Source: the human T2T-CHM13v2.0 reference genome, Homo sapiens
Length of the DNA: 64,000 bases
NCBI RefSeq assembly: GCF_009914755.1
Contig: NC_060940.1
Direction: 5' to 3' (one strand)
Shown: piece by piece, positions 41,820 through 55,474 of the stretch
How positions within the stretch are numbered: position 1 is the stretch's first letter
How the letters are laid out: each line of letters starts with the position of its first letter
Notes under the pieces: model-generated
Seen by the model: the letters and a program-made list of their open reading frames with translations, nothing else
Told to the model about the DNA's origin: nothing
The model's database searches: none
Translations under genes and position numbers: made by a program

Positions 41820-42261
41820 TGTGCCTGGGTGGCCCAGGGGCTGTTGGCACCCACGCTGTGTCCTTGGAGCCCAGCTCTGAGCAGTGGTATTCGGTTCCCA
41901 TCCGTTCTCTGCCTGAGGGCTGACAGCCTGCTCCACAGAGCAAGGTGTGACCTGAAAGTGCTGAGGAACAAATGCTCCCGGGGCCACCTCTCACCTGGCA
42001 GGAGCAGGTGTCTGGACAAGAGCCTCAGTCCCCCATCCTCTGGAAGGACGAAGCAGGTTCTGTGTGGTTTCTCAGAGGTTCTCCAGAGTTATTGAGGCTT
42101 TGGTGCTCACAGCATCCCCCATTCATTCACATGCCTTTTATTGGCTTTAATTTGTCTTCTTTCCCTCCCACACTGGGGTTCCTGGGATCACCTCCAAAAT
42201 AAACTACCTGGACCCAATTCTTGTCTCAGCGCCTGCTTCCAAAGCACCCTAAGTGAAGACA
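41820..42261 (+). mobile_element. LTR16A-type ERVL LTR
   Basis: CCTGGGATCACCTCCAAAATAAACTACC...TTGTCTCAGCGCCTGCTT...AAGACA. Confidence 0.72.
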
Positions 42262-43239
42262 GATGGGCGTCGATGGAAGTTAGAGTCCAAATTTCATTAG
42301 TCCTTTCTCTGCTAAAGGAGCACTTCTAAGCTGGACAAAGACTTCCCCATCCCCTCACTAATATCTGGGAAGCCCAGAGGGTTTCGTCTGTCAGATGCTG
42401 CCACGAGTCCACTGCCAGTGACCCCCAAATCCACCATCACTGTCCTGGTGTCTCCCATAAGCCTTATCTGCCCTGGCTGTCTGTGCATGATCTGGGGAGA
42501 GGCCTTTGCTCACTTCGTGTCCTGCACAATTTGGGAGACAGCACAATAGCACTGTTTGGGCTCCAAAGTGTTAGAACGTTTAAGAAAACACTGCTTTCAA
42601 TTTTCACCTCTAGATCTCTTTCTCTCCCTCCCTAGTACTCACCCATGGGGCCAGGCTTGGGGTGAATTCTAGGGACAGACAGCTTGCTGTCCTCAGAACT
42701 GCCCTCTGCTTCAACCACCAAATATTGCCAGAAGCATCCTGCTTTCTCATCCCTCAGGATGAGTCTCCTCCCAGAGGGTCACAGTCCCCTGAATGGAGAC
42801 ATATTCAGCTCTCTCATGAGTATGCCTGTACTCCAGCAGTGTCCAGAGCCCAGTGTCAGATGGCAGTCACGTTACAAGCGAAGCAAGAGAAAGGCCTGTC
42901 CTTGGTGGAGGAGTCAGGGCAGGCTGGGGTGTGCTGCAGTAATGGGAGGCTCACAAATCTCAGCGGCTTTGCACAGTCTAGGTTTGTGTCTTGCTCACAC
43001 AGAGACTTCGAGGCTCCTCTCTCTCCTAGGGGGAGTCTCTGTACTTCTGTGGCTGCACCAACCCAGCACGGAGGCCCCCTCAGTCACTAAGGCAGGGGAA
43101 GGGATGTCTTCACTCGCCCCAGAGCTCCTAGTCCCTTGCATCTGCCTTGCTGAAAGGGGATGAGAAGTGAGGAGGGAAGATGGCGTGTTTGGTGAGCACC
43201 ACTGTCTCTTTTTCTGCCAGGGGCTTTTTTTCTCTGTTT

Positions 43240-44255
43240 TAAAAAACTTTTTATTTTGAGATAATTGTGCATTCACATGCAACTAGTTATAGAAAATACC
43301 ACAGAGAAACCCCATACGCACTTCACCCAGTTTTTTTTCCAATGGGAACTTAAAGTAGAGTACTGTATGATCCTATACTATGGTACAATATCAGAAAAAT
43401 ACCACATCCAGGATACTGATTATCACACAGACAAGACAAAGGGCGTGTCCACCACCACACGGACCACTTCCTTTGGCATTTTATAGCCTCATCCACTTCC
43501 TTCCCATCCTCACTTCTCCTTAGCCTCTGGCAACCACTCATCTACTCTCAATTTCTATAATTTTGTCATTTCAAGAATGTTCTAGAGACCGGGTGCCATG
43601 GCTCAGACCTGTAATCCCAACACTTTGGGAGGCCAAGATGGGCAGATCACTTGAGCCGAGGAGTTCGAGACCAGCCTGGGCTACATAGTGAGACCCCATC
43701 TCTACAAAAAAAAAAAACAAAAGCATTAGCCAGGCCTGGTTGTGTGTACCTGTAGTCCTAGCTATTCAGGAGGCTGAGGTGGGAGGATCACTTGAGCCTG
43801 GGAGGTCGAGGCTGCAGTGAGTTGTGATAGCATCACTTCACTCCAGCCTGGGTGACAAGCCTAAGAATGCTCTGTAAATGGAATCATAGAGTTTGCAGCC
43901 TTTTGAGGTAGGCTTTCTCCTCCCAGCGCAATGCTCTGGAGTGACATCCAGGCTGCTGCGTGCATCAGTAGTTTTGTTCCCTGTTGCTGTTGAGCAGTGT
44001 TCCATGGCGTACATGTCCCAGAAGTTGCCTATTCACTCCCTGAAGGACATCTGGGTGTGCCCAGTTGTTGGCGATTAGGAATAAAGCTCTTCTAAGCATT
44101 CTTGTACAGGTTCTTGGGTGAACGTAAGCTTTCCCGTCTCTGGACAAAATGCTCAGGAGTGTAACTGCAGGGTCGAATGGAGTTGCATGTTTAATATTTC
44201 CAGAGTGTTTTTAGAGTGGCTGTGCCCTATCACCTTCTTACCAGCAATGTGTGAC
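43240..44255 (-). mobile_element. L1MB/MC 3' region interrupted by AluJ
   Basis: AACTTTTTATTTTGAGATAATTGT; CTGGCAACCACTCATCT...TTTTGTCATTTCAAGAATG; AAATGGAATCATA. Confidence 0.8.
43587..43862 (+). mobile_element. AluJ lacking its poly-A tail
   Basis: GGAGGATCACTTGAGCCTGGGAGGTCGAGGCTGCAG; ends GGTGACAAGCCT directly before the TSD AAGAATG(T/C)TCT. Confidence 0.9.
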
Positions 44256-44869
44256 CAGACGCATTTCTCAAATGTCGGCGAGTCTGAGTATTTGTTTGCT
44301 AGCAAAGGCAAGCAATGGACAGATGACCCTTGATGGCAAACCCCAAAATGACTGACTGTGTCTGGTGGGATGGCCGAGTGTGTGTGTTCATAATTTCATA
44401 TTACACACAGATACTAGAGTATTTTCTCTTGGCAAAATTATCTGCATTGTACGGGGAGTTCCAGATGCAACCCCAAGATTTCTGGACAGTCAACCATGAG
44501 AACCCGTTTGAGACATCTCCCTGGGGAGGAAAGAGATGGATTAGGTGGAGGCCTATTTAAAATGAAACACAGCCCTCAAGTTATTTTCTAAGTGGCCTTC
44601 CTAAATTATGGACTTATTTCTCTGGGACAGGAAGTTGAGATTTCTCCCATGGTCCCCCACCACAGTGAGGGAACTACTTCTTTCTAATCTCATTTGAGAA
44701 ACCCTAGGCACAGACCAGAAGCCACACAGAGGTGTCATTCATGTGCCCACTTAAATCAGCTGATGATTGCCTGTCATGGTGTGCTGAGAAGTAGACTTGG
44801 CCAGAAACAGTGCCGTAATTGATTAGTAATGTCTACATGGAGAGAGTAAGGGGAGAGCAGTTGCATACT

Positions 44870-45025
44870 TAGAAATTTATCTAGCCTAAGATACACATTT
44901 TCCGACATTTTAACATCTCTGAAATCAGGGTGCATTGTACAATCGATGGCTTCTTATAAATTATTACAGTGTATTTCTTGTGGTTCACAAAATAATAGTG
45001 CATTGGACAAACGGTGAAGTAGATA
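44870..45025. mobile_element. MER104-like TcMar element
   Basis: CACATTTT...ACATTTTAACATCTCTGAAATCAGGGTGCATTGTACAATCGATGG. Confidence 0.6.
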
Positions 45026-45644
45026 ACGTGGTATTTGGCATTGCTGGATTGTTTAGAGGGCTGTTGTTAGGAATGAATGGGCTCGTCTTCAGGATTCCTG
45101 GACTTGGGGAGGCTCAGTGTGCTTAGCGTCATCCATCTGTCTGCCTCTCTCTTTCTCTGTCTCTCTGTCTCCATTTTCTGTCTCTTTCTCTCCTCTCCTT
45201 CTCCCTGTCTCTCCCTTCCCCCAAGGGTTCCTGTGTGTCTGTGAGGTTTGACTCTTGCACCTTCTGCACAGCCCCACTGTTCTTCCTGCCCTGCCAGCCT
45301 GCCTCACAGCACTGGTGGGAGGCACAGGCCTCAGCCCCCAGACCGTTCCATCATCGCCTCCCAGAACCCTACACGCCACCTCTCTCCGCTCCAGCTCCAC
45401 CCTCACTTGTAGATTCTTTCCATGTTCTCAAGTCCAAACTCTCTGGACCTTGAGTGAATCAGATGACCTTTTGAGGTTAGAGATTGCTGCACAGACTGGG
45501 AATGTTTCTTGTCTGGGTTCACTGCTAATCCCTGATGTAGTCAGCTGTGACCAGGGTAAGGTGGTGAGTGAGTGGGTGGGAACATGGGTCCTGAGGCACA
45601 GCACACCCTCCTAGGAAGCAAAGTCACAGGCCATGCGAGAGATC

Positions 45645-45983
45645 AATATACATATATATTATATTATATGCAATATGTTATATATACACTTATATAATTA
45701 TGAATAATATATGAAGATATTATATAATATATTAAATTATTATATATTAAAAATATATAAATGTATATTATATATAATTTTATAATATATGTATATATCA
45801 TATGAATACATAATTATATATTCATATATAACATGTATAAATATATATGAAATATTTCACAGAATAATATATATTACATATATTATTACATATTATAATA
45901 TATAACATAGTTATATAATACAGATTTAATTATATATGATATAATATAATATAATATAATATATGTATATGCCTATGTATGAA
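45645..45983. repeat. AT-rich (TA)n-derived low-complexity block
   Basis: Direct reading. Confidence 0.92.
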
Positions 45984-46328
45984 CGTTATGGACTGAATGT
46001 TCGTGTCCCCCAGAATGTTCTTGAAATCCTAACCCTCAATGTGATGGTGTTGGATGGTGGGGTCTTTGGAAGGTGGTTAAGTCGTGGGGCAGACCTCCTG
46101 AATGGGGTTATGCCTTTATAAGAGACACGGAGAGATGATGTTTCTCTCTGCCATGTGAGGACACAGTGAGAAGGCAGCCCTCTGTGAATAAGGATGGGGG
46201 TCTTCACCAAGAACCTGACCATGCTGGCACCCCAATCTTTGAATTCCCTTCAGGATTCTAAGAAATAAATGTTTATTATTTAAGCCACCCAGTCTATGAT
46301 ATTTGTTATAGCAGCCTGAACTAAGACT
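45984..46328 (+). mobile_element. MLT1A/MSTD-type MaLR LTR
   Basis: GTTATGGACTGAATGTT...AATAAATGTTT..TTTAAGCCACCCAGTCTATG...AGCAGCCTGAACTAAGAC. Confidence 0.85.
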
Positions 46329-46599
46329 GTAAGACCATCCACACTTGCACACACACGCACGCACATCTATACCTATATCTTCATGTATGTCTTTCTCCCT
46401 TCCTTTTCTCCCTCCCTCCATTTCTTTCTTCTCCCTTCTTTCCTCCCCTCCTTGGGCCTCCTATGCAGAGCTGCCTTGCCATGCTGTGCAAAAACCCCGT
46501 CTCGTTGGTGAGCTTGTTTATTCCTTTTATCCTCCATCTCCCCTCCCACTCTTCACTGACAATCATTCTAATATATTCAATGTAAACCTTTTTATTTGT

Positions 46600-46790
46600 A
46601 GCATTCAGCTAAAAGGCCTGGGGTCTGGGATTCCTGGATTTGAATCTCAGATCTGTTATTGATTAGCTGTGGGACTTGGAGCCTCAGTTTATGTCATAAC
46701 GAACCTTACCTTAGAGGGTGGCTGTGGTAAGTAAATAGATGCATTTGGAACACTTTCCTGCAAACAGTAAGCACTCAAGAAGTGTCCGCT
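46600..46790 (+). mobile_element. MIR
   Basis: GGATTTGAATCTCAG...TAGCTGTGGGACTTGGAGCCTCAGTTT...AGTAAGCACTCAA. Confidence 0.65.
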
Positions 46791-46935
46791 ACAGAGTGTA
46801 TTCTTGCAAAAGATGTATTTGGTTCTGCATACCTGAATATTTAGATTACATAAGTGGTATCCAGTTACATATCTCATTCTAGTCCTTGTTTCATATTTGA
46901 TTATATGAATGGTTATGAATGTTTCTTGGCATTGA

Positions 46936-47269
<334 letters not shown>

Positions 47270-48789
47270 TAATGACTGCATTCTTGCTTTTCATCAATTT
47301 CTAATTTATCAATTTAATGATTCCAGATTTTTTGAACATCTAGGTTGTTCCCAATGCTTCGTTAAAAAAACACTGATTCATTTTGTACACACATTTGTGT
47401 GTAATCTCCATTTTTTTCCCCTTAGATGATGTTACCAGAAGTGAACTTACACACTTTAAGGGATCTGGCTATGTACCCCTACTTGCCCTCCAGTCAAGGT
47501 GCACTAATCTATACTCCTTGAAGCCAAATATAGGTTGCTTGTTTCTTCTTTCCTCTGTGCTATGCCCAATCTATGTGCATTTTCATTTTAAAATATGAAA
47601 TTGCTGTCTCTGAGATTTGACTCTATCACAGTCCCATTGAAGGGAGTGTGGGTCTCATCTAAAAAAGCAAATGCTAGCATCAAATAAGAAGAAAAGGGGA
47701 CGGAAAGAGCTGGGGGTGGAAAGGAGGCTTGTGGGGCAGGGTCGGGGATGAGGAGGGCTCTGCCTGGTGTTCCTGGAAACAAGTGGCCTCCTGGTTACAC
47801 ATGAAGTTCATTTTGATTGTAAGTAGGGGTTTGCCTTGCCTAATGGTAGGGTTGGGTAGCTATGTGGTGATGGGAGTCATGCCTTACTTGGGAGGATCTG
47901 GGCTACGGATTCCGGATTCAGATGGAATGCTTGGCTGTTTCATCTTCATCTCCCATCATTCAGTTCTATTTATTGAGCTGGGAATGTGGGGAAACTAACT
48001 CTGAGTTTTAAAAGAATTTGAGAGTGTGGCTAGAGAACAGACAGTGTCTATTACTCCCACTGGTAAGGATCCCTTGACCCTTGACAGTATATTAGTTGGA
48101 ATTTGCTGCAGGGTTTTGCAAGGGAGAGGCAAAGTATACCGGGTGGCTTGCCTGAGATGAACTAGGAAGTTCAAAAACTTAGGAAGGGGCCAAGTGATGA
48201 GGGGTCCTGAATGTAAGCTAAAGATTTAGATCTCTCTTTTGGACAGCCATCGAAGGGATTGGGTGTGTTTAAAAGTGGTTTCTGGCTGAAATTGTGTATC
48301 AGTTAAGAATACTGTCAGCTGCAAGTAACTCACTTATGGCTAACAGAAGGTAGACATGGGGAGCTGCTTTTCTCGTGGGACAAGAATGCTGGATGTGGCA
48401 GTAGGCTAAGCCACATCAATGCTCTGCCGTGGCATCTTGGTGATTTTCTTAACCTCCATCCCAAGATGTTGCAGCAGATCTAAATATCTCATTTTCACAC
48501 CCTCTCCCTCCCCACCAATCCCTTTATAGAAAAGATCCTCTTGATTTATTCAAAAAATGCCATCATCCCTGTTGCAGACAATCTCAGGGTAGAGTCTGTG
48601 GGTTCAAGTTGAAGGTCACTGGGCTTGCTGTGAAGAGATGAGGTCTGCTGTAGAGCTCATTCCTGCCTTACCTACAGGTATCAGGAAGGCAAGGAGGTGG
48701 CTGAGCAGCTGGCCACTTGGCTCTGAGTCCATCTTCTGACTCTTCACCTTTCCTCCTGCCACAGAATATTACTGGATAAGCAACCTGGA

Positions 48790-49010
48790 GTAGTAGACAG
48801 GCTCAGCCTCAGAGGCTCAGATCTGGGTTCAAATCTCAGACTCACCACTTTAGCTGCAGAAGTTGGGCAAGTCTGAGCATGGCTGTAAGCCTGTTTCCTT
48901 ACCTATCAAATGACAATGAGAATGTACAGTAAAGAATTATTGTGAGAATTAGAGAGAATGAATGAAATGTCCTCAGCACTGTTCCTGGCTCAGTGGGGCT
49001 CAATGAATGG
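48790..49010 (+). mobile_element. MIR
   Basis: CTGGGTTCAAATCTCAG...TGGGCAAGT...TTTCCTTACCTATCAAATG. Confidence 0.7.
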
Positions 49011-49111
49011 TCATCTCTTAATGTGATTCCCACCAGAAGGGGAAGAGCAGATGAGCTGGTGACTCTTCCCTGAGGAAATGGATGAAAAAGAAAATGAAAA
49101 AGTGATGGAAC

Positions 49112-49700
49112 AGTTCAACCATTGTGGAAGACAGTGTGGTGATTCCTCAAGGATCTAGAACTAGAAATACCATTTGACCCAGCCATCCCATTACTGGGTA
49201 TATACCCAAAGGATTATAAATCATGCTGCTATAAAGACACATGCACACGTATGTTTATTGCGGCACTATTCACAATAGCAAAGACTTGGAACCAACCCAA
49301 ATGTCCATCAGTGATAGACTGGATTAAGAAAATGTGGCACATATACACCATGGAATACTATGCAGCCATAAAAAAGGATGAGTTCATGTCCTTTGTAGGG
49401 ACATGGATGAAGCTGGAAACCATCATTCTCAGCAGACTATCGCAAGGACAAAACACCAAACACCTCATATTCTCACTCATAGGTGGGAATTGAACAATGA
49501 GAACACTTAGACACAGGAAGGGGAACATCACACACCGGGGCCTGTTGTGGGGTGGGGGGAGGGGGGAGGGATAGCCTTAGGAAATATACCTAATGTAAAT
49601 GATGAGTTAATGGGTGCAGCACACCAACATGGCACATGTATGCATATGTAACAAACCTGCACGTTGTGCACATGTACCCTAGAACGTAAAATATAAAAAA
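49112..49700 (+). mobile_element. 5'-truncated L1PA (ORF2 C-terminus plus 3' UTR)
   Basis: ORF 49251-49493 MFIAALFTIAKTWNQPKCPS...SLIGGN is the ORF2p end; G-rich 3' UTR tract; TSD AA(A/T)AGTGATGGAAC. Confidence 0.96.
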
Positions 49701-50437
49701 AATAGTGATGGAACTTGTCTTAGCCTTTGTTTCCACTATGAATTATGATAAGAGGATTTCATACAGAAGTGTCTATACTGTGAGTTTCTAGGACTGGTTT
49801 CCATATGAAGACAGATGTTCAGGATTAAGCCACTGCAGCACCCACTATGCAGACGTAAAAGCCACATTATGGGCATTGCAGGCAATTGCACTCATTGCAA
49901 TCTTTAATCTGAAAAAAGGACTTTGCTTCTTATCTGCCGTCTGCTTGATGATGAACAGATGTGTTGGAAATCAGGCTAATAAAGATGCCGCCTCCTCTGA
50001 TGATTACTGACAACCCACCACAAATTCTGCCTTCTTAATGTGGGAGAAGGGACTAGGGACTTGGCATTGTGGAGAAATCAGCAGATGCTGAAACTATCCC
50101 AAGCCTGGAAACCACTGCACCCTGCATCTTGGAGTAGTCAAGGCGACCGGCTTCAGCTGTCCTCCATGGGATGCTTTTATGGAATGAGTTTCTGGGACAA
50201 CTGCAGGGTCATCAGCAGTGGAGGGAAATAAATGAATACATGGGGGAAGGGCCAATTTTAAAAGCAAAACTACATTCAAACATCTGGGTTCCGTTTGATA
50301 AACAGTTGGCAATGGAAGGACTCTTACATTCCACCTAGTTCAAGCGAAGATATGACAGATGAGAAAACTACAGCCCACAAAGCGGAAATAAATTGCCTAA
50401 GTATGCAGCAAGTTGGTGACAGTGCCATTGAAATCTT

Positions 50438-50680
50438 TCACCCATCCATCCATCTACCTACACATCCATCCACCTATCCACCCATCCATCTACCTATTCA
50501 AGCCTCCATCCACCCATCCACCTATCCATCCATCCATCTGTCCATCCATCCGCCCATCCATCCATCCACCCATCCACACATCCATCCATCCATCCACCCA
50601 CCCACCCATCCATCCATCCACCCATCCACCCATCCACGCATCCATTCATCCACCCACCCACCCATCCACCCATCCATCCC
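50438..50680. repeat. (CCAT/CCAC)n microsatellite
   Basis: Direct reading; lies at the 3' tail position of the adjacent antisense L2. Confidence 0.93.
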
Positions 50681-51070
50681 AGATATGTGCATAACATCTC
50701 TGATGTTCCAGGCACTGCAGTATGTGCTGAGCATGGGGCTACAACAAAAAGGTCTGATCCCCATCCTCAGAGACATGTTCCAGTGGAGGAGATTATTACA
50801 GCAAATCACACACCTAATTTCAATTGAGATTACTGCTATGAGAAAAAATTCAGAATGGTAAGAGAGAATCTGGGGGGTCTGGGGGGGTCACCCCTGAGGA
50901 GGTAAGCTTTAAACTGAGATCTGAAGGATGAGTAGGACAAGCCAGACAAAGAAAAGAGTCTAGGTAAAGGGGAGTGTTTCAGGCTGACAGAAGACTATAG
51001 AAAGGCGCATGAAACCTTGAGAAAATGAAGGAAGCCTAGAGATGCTGGGGAGGTAGGCAGTGTGAGAACC
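50681..51070 (-). mobile_element. L2 LINE fragment
   Basis: ATGTTCCAGGCACTG; CCTGAGGAGGTAAGCTTTAAACTGAGATCTGAAGGATGAGTAGG. Confidence 0.7.
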
Positions 51071-52186
51071 CAGGCTTGTAATCCCCAGGCTTTCCACTTT
51101 ATTCCTTAGATCCCATCCCATGACTTTGTGGCTTATGGAATCAGTCTGTCTCATTTTCATGTTTGAAAAGGATTGGTGATGAAAATACTTACCTTTTTTG
51201 CTTGAGAGAAGGTCCATTCTATACTGGACTAGGATTTTGGGGTGTGAGGGTGGGTAGAGGAGAAGACTATATGATTTATAAATAATAAAATACTAACTAA
51301 TGCAGCACACATAATAAAGACAACTTATTATTTTTCACAATGAAAAGTCTGAAGTTCAGTATCCCATGATAGAATTAATTCCAAGTGATGTCAGGATCCT
51401 GGGAAGCATGTCTGCAGTTCTCCTGATCATTCCAGCATAGTTGCAATGTGACAGGTGTTTCTTTAGGCATCACATCCTCCTATGACTACCTCTAAAGGGA
51501 GGTAGATAGAAAAGTGACCTCTGTCCTTTTACTAGGAAGAAAAACTCTCTTTTAGGAGATCTATAGTATGCTTTCCCTTATGGATCATTGGCTCAAACTG
51601 GGTCACATGCTGACCACTGGCTGCAAGAGAGGTTGGGAAAGTGGTAATCTGGGAGGCAAGGAAGGAGGATTTGCAAATGGCTACTGGGCCACCAACTGAC
51701 ACTGTCTATGGCAAACCTCCAGCTGTCAAGGCAGTAAACCCATCAAAAGGAATGAGACCTGTTTCCATTCCCAACAATGTAGTCCTGGTGACTATTTGCA
51801 CAGTTCATGTTTGTCAGTATTTTAATGTGTGATGTGGCACAGAAAAAGCATTTGACAAAATACAATACTTGGTCATTAAGAACTAGAAGGAAACTTCCTC
51901 AACTTGGTTAAGAGCAACTGAATAGTCATATAGAAAAAAAATGATATCTTACCCCTACCTCACACCATGTACATAAATTAATTTAAAATTTATCAAAGAG
52001 CTAAATGTAAGAAATAAAACTGAAATTTCTAGAAGAAAAACATAAGGAATGTATTTCCACAAATTCGGGGCAGGCAAAGATTTCTTAGACCTAACAGAGC
52101 ACTGAACAGAAAAAATTTTGATGAATTGATATTTATCAAAATTTAAAACTTTTCTCTTTAAAATTATTATTAAAAGTCTTTAAAAA

Positions 52187-52524
<338 letters not shown>

Positions 52525-52709
52525 TCAGGCTGCAAGGAGTATGTCCGGAGAGAGGATTGTATCCAAAATACATGAAGAACTGTTAAAACTCAATATTAGG
52601 AAGATAACCAATCCAACTTTACAAATGGTCAATTCTTCTGGACAGAAGTATCTTCACAAAGAAGATACATCAATGTCTATTAGGCATACAATAAGATGTT
52701 CAACATCAC

Positions 52710-53008
<299 letters not shown>

Positions 53009-54036
53009 TCATCAGGAAATGCCCATTGAAATGATAGTATAGTAATACTATGCACCTGCCAGATGGCTAAAATTAAAAAAACTAAAACTACCAAGTGTTG
53101 GAGAGGATGAAGAGCAACTGCAACCTTCATACAGAGTCTGCGGGAGTGTAAAATGGCACAGCCCCTTTGAATAGCAGTTTAGCAATTTCTTATAAAGTTA
53201 AATGTACAATTACTTAATGACCTAGCAATTTTGCTCTTAGGTATTTTTCCCGAGATAAATTAAAACATTTCTTCACAAAAAGATGTATATGCAAATGGTC
53301 AGAGCAGTTTCATTTACAGTAGCCAAAAGCTGGATACGACCCAAAGGCCCACCAACAGGTTAATCGATGTGCAAATTGCGGTAGATCTTTACCATGGGAC
53401 ACTACTCAACAATAAAAAGGAGCACATTCCTGATATATGAAACACTGTCTATGAAGTTTAAAACATTATTATTTGTGAAGGAAGTCAGATGCAATAGGGT
53501 ACATGCTGCGTGATTCCATTTCTATGACGTTCTAGGACAGGTTGAGCTAATCTGTAGCTATAGAAATTGATCTGTGGTTGCCTGGAGAGGAAGATTGATT
53601 GGGAAGGGGCATAAAGGAATTTTCATGGTGATACAAATGAACTAAGTAAAAGACATCTTTGTTGGAGTTATGGTCACATGACACATATATTTTTCAAAAT
53701 TTAAAATGAGCACATTTCATCGTAAATCAATTTTACCTCAATAAGATTGATTTTTTAAAAATCTGTCCAATGGCAGAAAAGGGTGTACATGTTATCTCTG
53801 GCTAATGCAAATGTCTGCTTCTACTGCTTAAAAGGGGGCAGTATTTTCATCTTGCGGAAGGTGTAGAGAGAGTTGAGATCTTTCCAGGGACAACTCCAGT
53901 ATCACAGTTGCGTGTTAGGCAAGAGCTTTGAATTGGTTTTTTATTGGGAAATTGTCTGCATCATGCAATCGGGGTTTACTTCAGCCTCAGGCTCACTCTG
54001 GGCTTCATCAAGGCAAGATTCGGGAACTCTTCTGGT

Positions 54037-55190
54037 TACACACACATATTCACCCTCACACCACAAACACACACACATATGCAGCCACCCCACACACATA
54101 TTCACAACCTGCACACACATATATGTACATTCATTCCCGACACACATAAACACATTCACACCGACACCACAGACACACAGACACACACCACACACACCAC
54201 CCCCTGCATACACACATTCACACACACACACCTACTGGAAGATAAACTTGGGCACATCAACGTTCTAACGAATGTAATTGAGCAAACAGCGATTCACGGA
54301 TCAGGCAGCTCCAGATCGCAGGCTGCTCAGGGCTCCACCGGGGGACGCAGGGGAGGCTTTTATAAGATGCTCCCCAAGCGGGACAAGGACAGACTGGATT
54401 CGTTTACTGGAAAGTCCCTGAGAGAGGTGAGTTGGCAGTTTCTGATTAGGAAGCTTAAGCTGTTTTCCCTGGGCTAGTACCATTCACTCTACGTTGGCGT
54501 TCGGTTTGCCAAGCACACACATTCACACCGCATGCACACACACCACACACATATGCATACACATCACACTCACACCACATGCACCACACACACCCACATG
54601 CATGTATATACACATCACAATACAGTCACATGCATATGTATACACATCACACACATTACACACACATCCACACGCACCACACTCACACCCCACATGCATT
54701 TATATACACACATCACACATATTACACACACATCCACACGCACCATGCACTCACACACCACATGCATGTGTACACACACACACCTACGTGATGCACCAAC
54801 ACTCACACACCACCTGCATATATATACACTTTGCACACAGGTACACACATCACACATTCAAACCACACACACATACCACATGCATATGTGTACACATCAC
54901 ACACATGCACACCCAGATGTATACACATCACACACACACATCCACACATCACATACACATCCACACACACCCACACCACATGCATATGTATACACATCGT
55001 ACACACACATCACACGTTCACATGCACCACACACACCACACACACATATATATAATCACACACATGCACATATATATATACACATCACATACACACATCA
55101 CACGTGTATACACACACACACACACACACACATATATACACACACCACACACACATTCTCACACATACCAGAAACACCCCCATACACAGA
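54037..55190. repeat. CA/TA-rich low-complexity region in two blocks (54037-54232 and 54513-55190)
   Basis: CACACAT/ATACAC units read directly. Confidence 0.93.
54233..54512 (-). mobile_element. ERV1-class LTR fragment embedded in the CA-rich tract
   Basis: AAACTTGGGCACAT...TGAGCAAACAGCGATTCACGGATCAGGCAGCTCC resembles antisense MER4-group LTR starts; subfamily unresolved. Confidence 0.5.
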
Positions 55191-55474
55191 ACATGGAGAC
55201 TGGTGTCTCCTCTAGAGAAATGCAGCATGGGCAGAGTTGGGCCTGGTGGGACAAAGAGCCACCTATTTCCCAGGCACCTGCACTGGGGTGAGCATCAGGC
55301 ACTTACTGGGGTGTGCGCCTTGCTGAATCTGTCCATGGGGTGCGCACCAGAGCACCTGCTGATGCTGCAGTATTGCCTAACCAGAACTCCTCCCTGCCTG
55401 AGACGCAGAGCTGCTTTCCCATGGCAGTCAACAGGCTGAACCACGGAGGTGAAGCCATTGTCCATGTACACAGG

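Noticed and set aside
49251-49493. ORF with clear protein similarity
   Set aside because: It is the L1 ORF2p C-terminus of a 5'-truncated copy with an upstream in-frame stop; not a host gene
50295-50861. 188-aa HPSI-repeat ORF
   Set aside because: Translation of a (CCAT)n microsatellite
54494-55291. 265-aa His/Thr-rich ORF and overlapping ORFs
   Set aside because: Translation of a CA-rich low-complexity tract that lacks stop codons by composition
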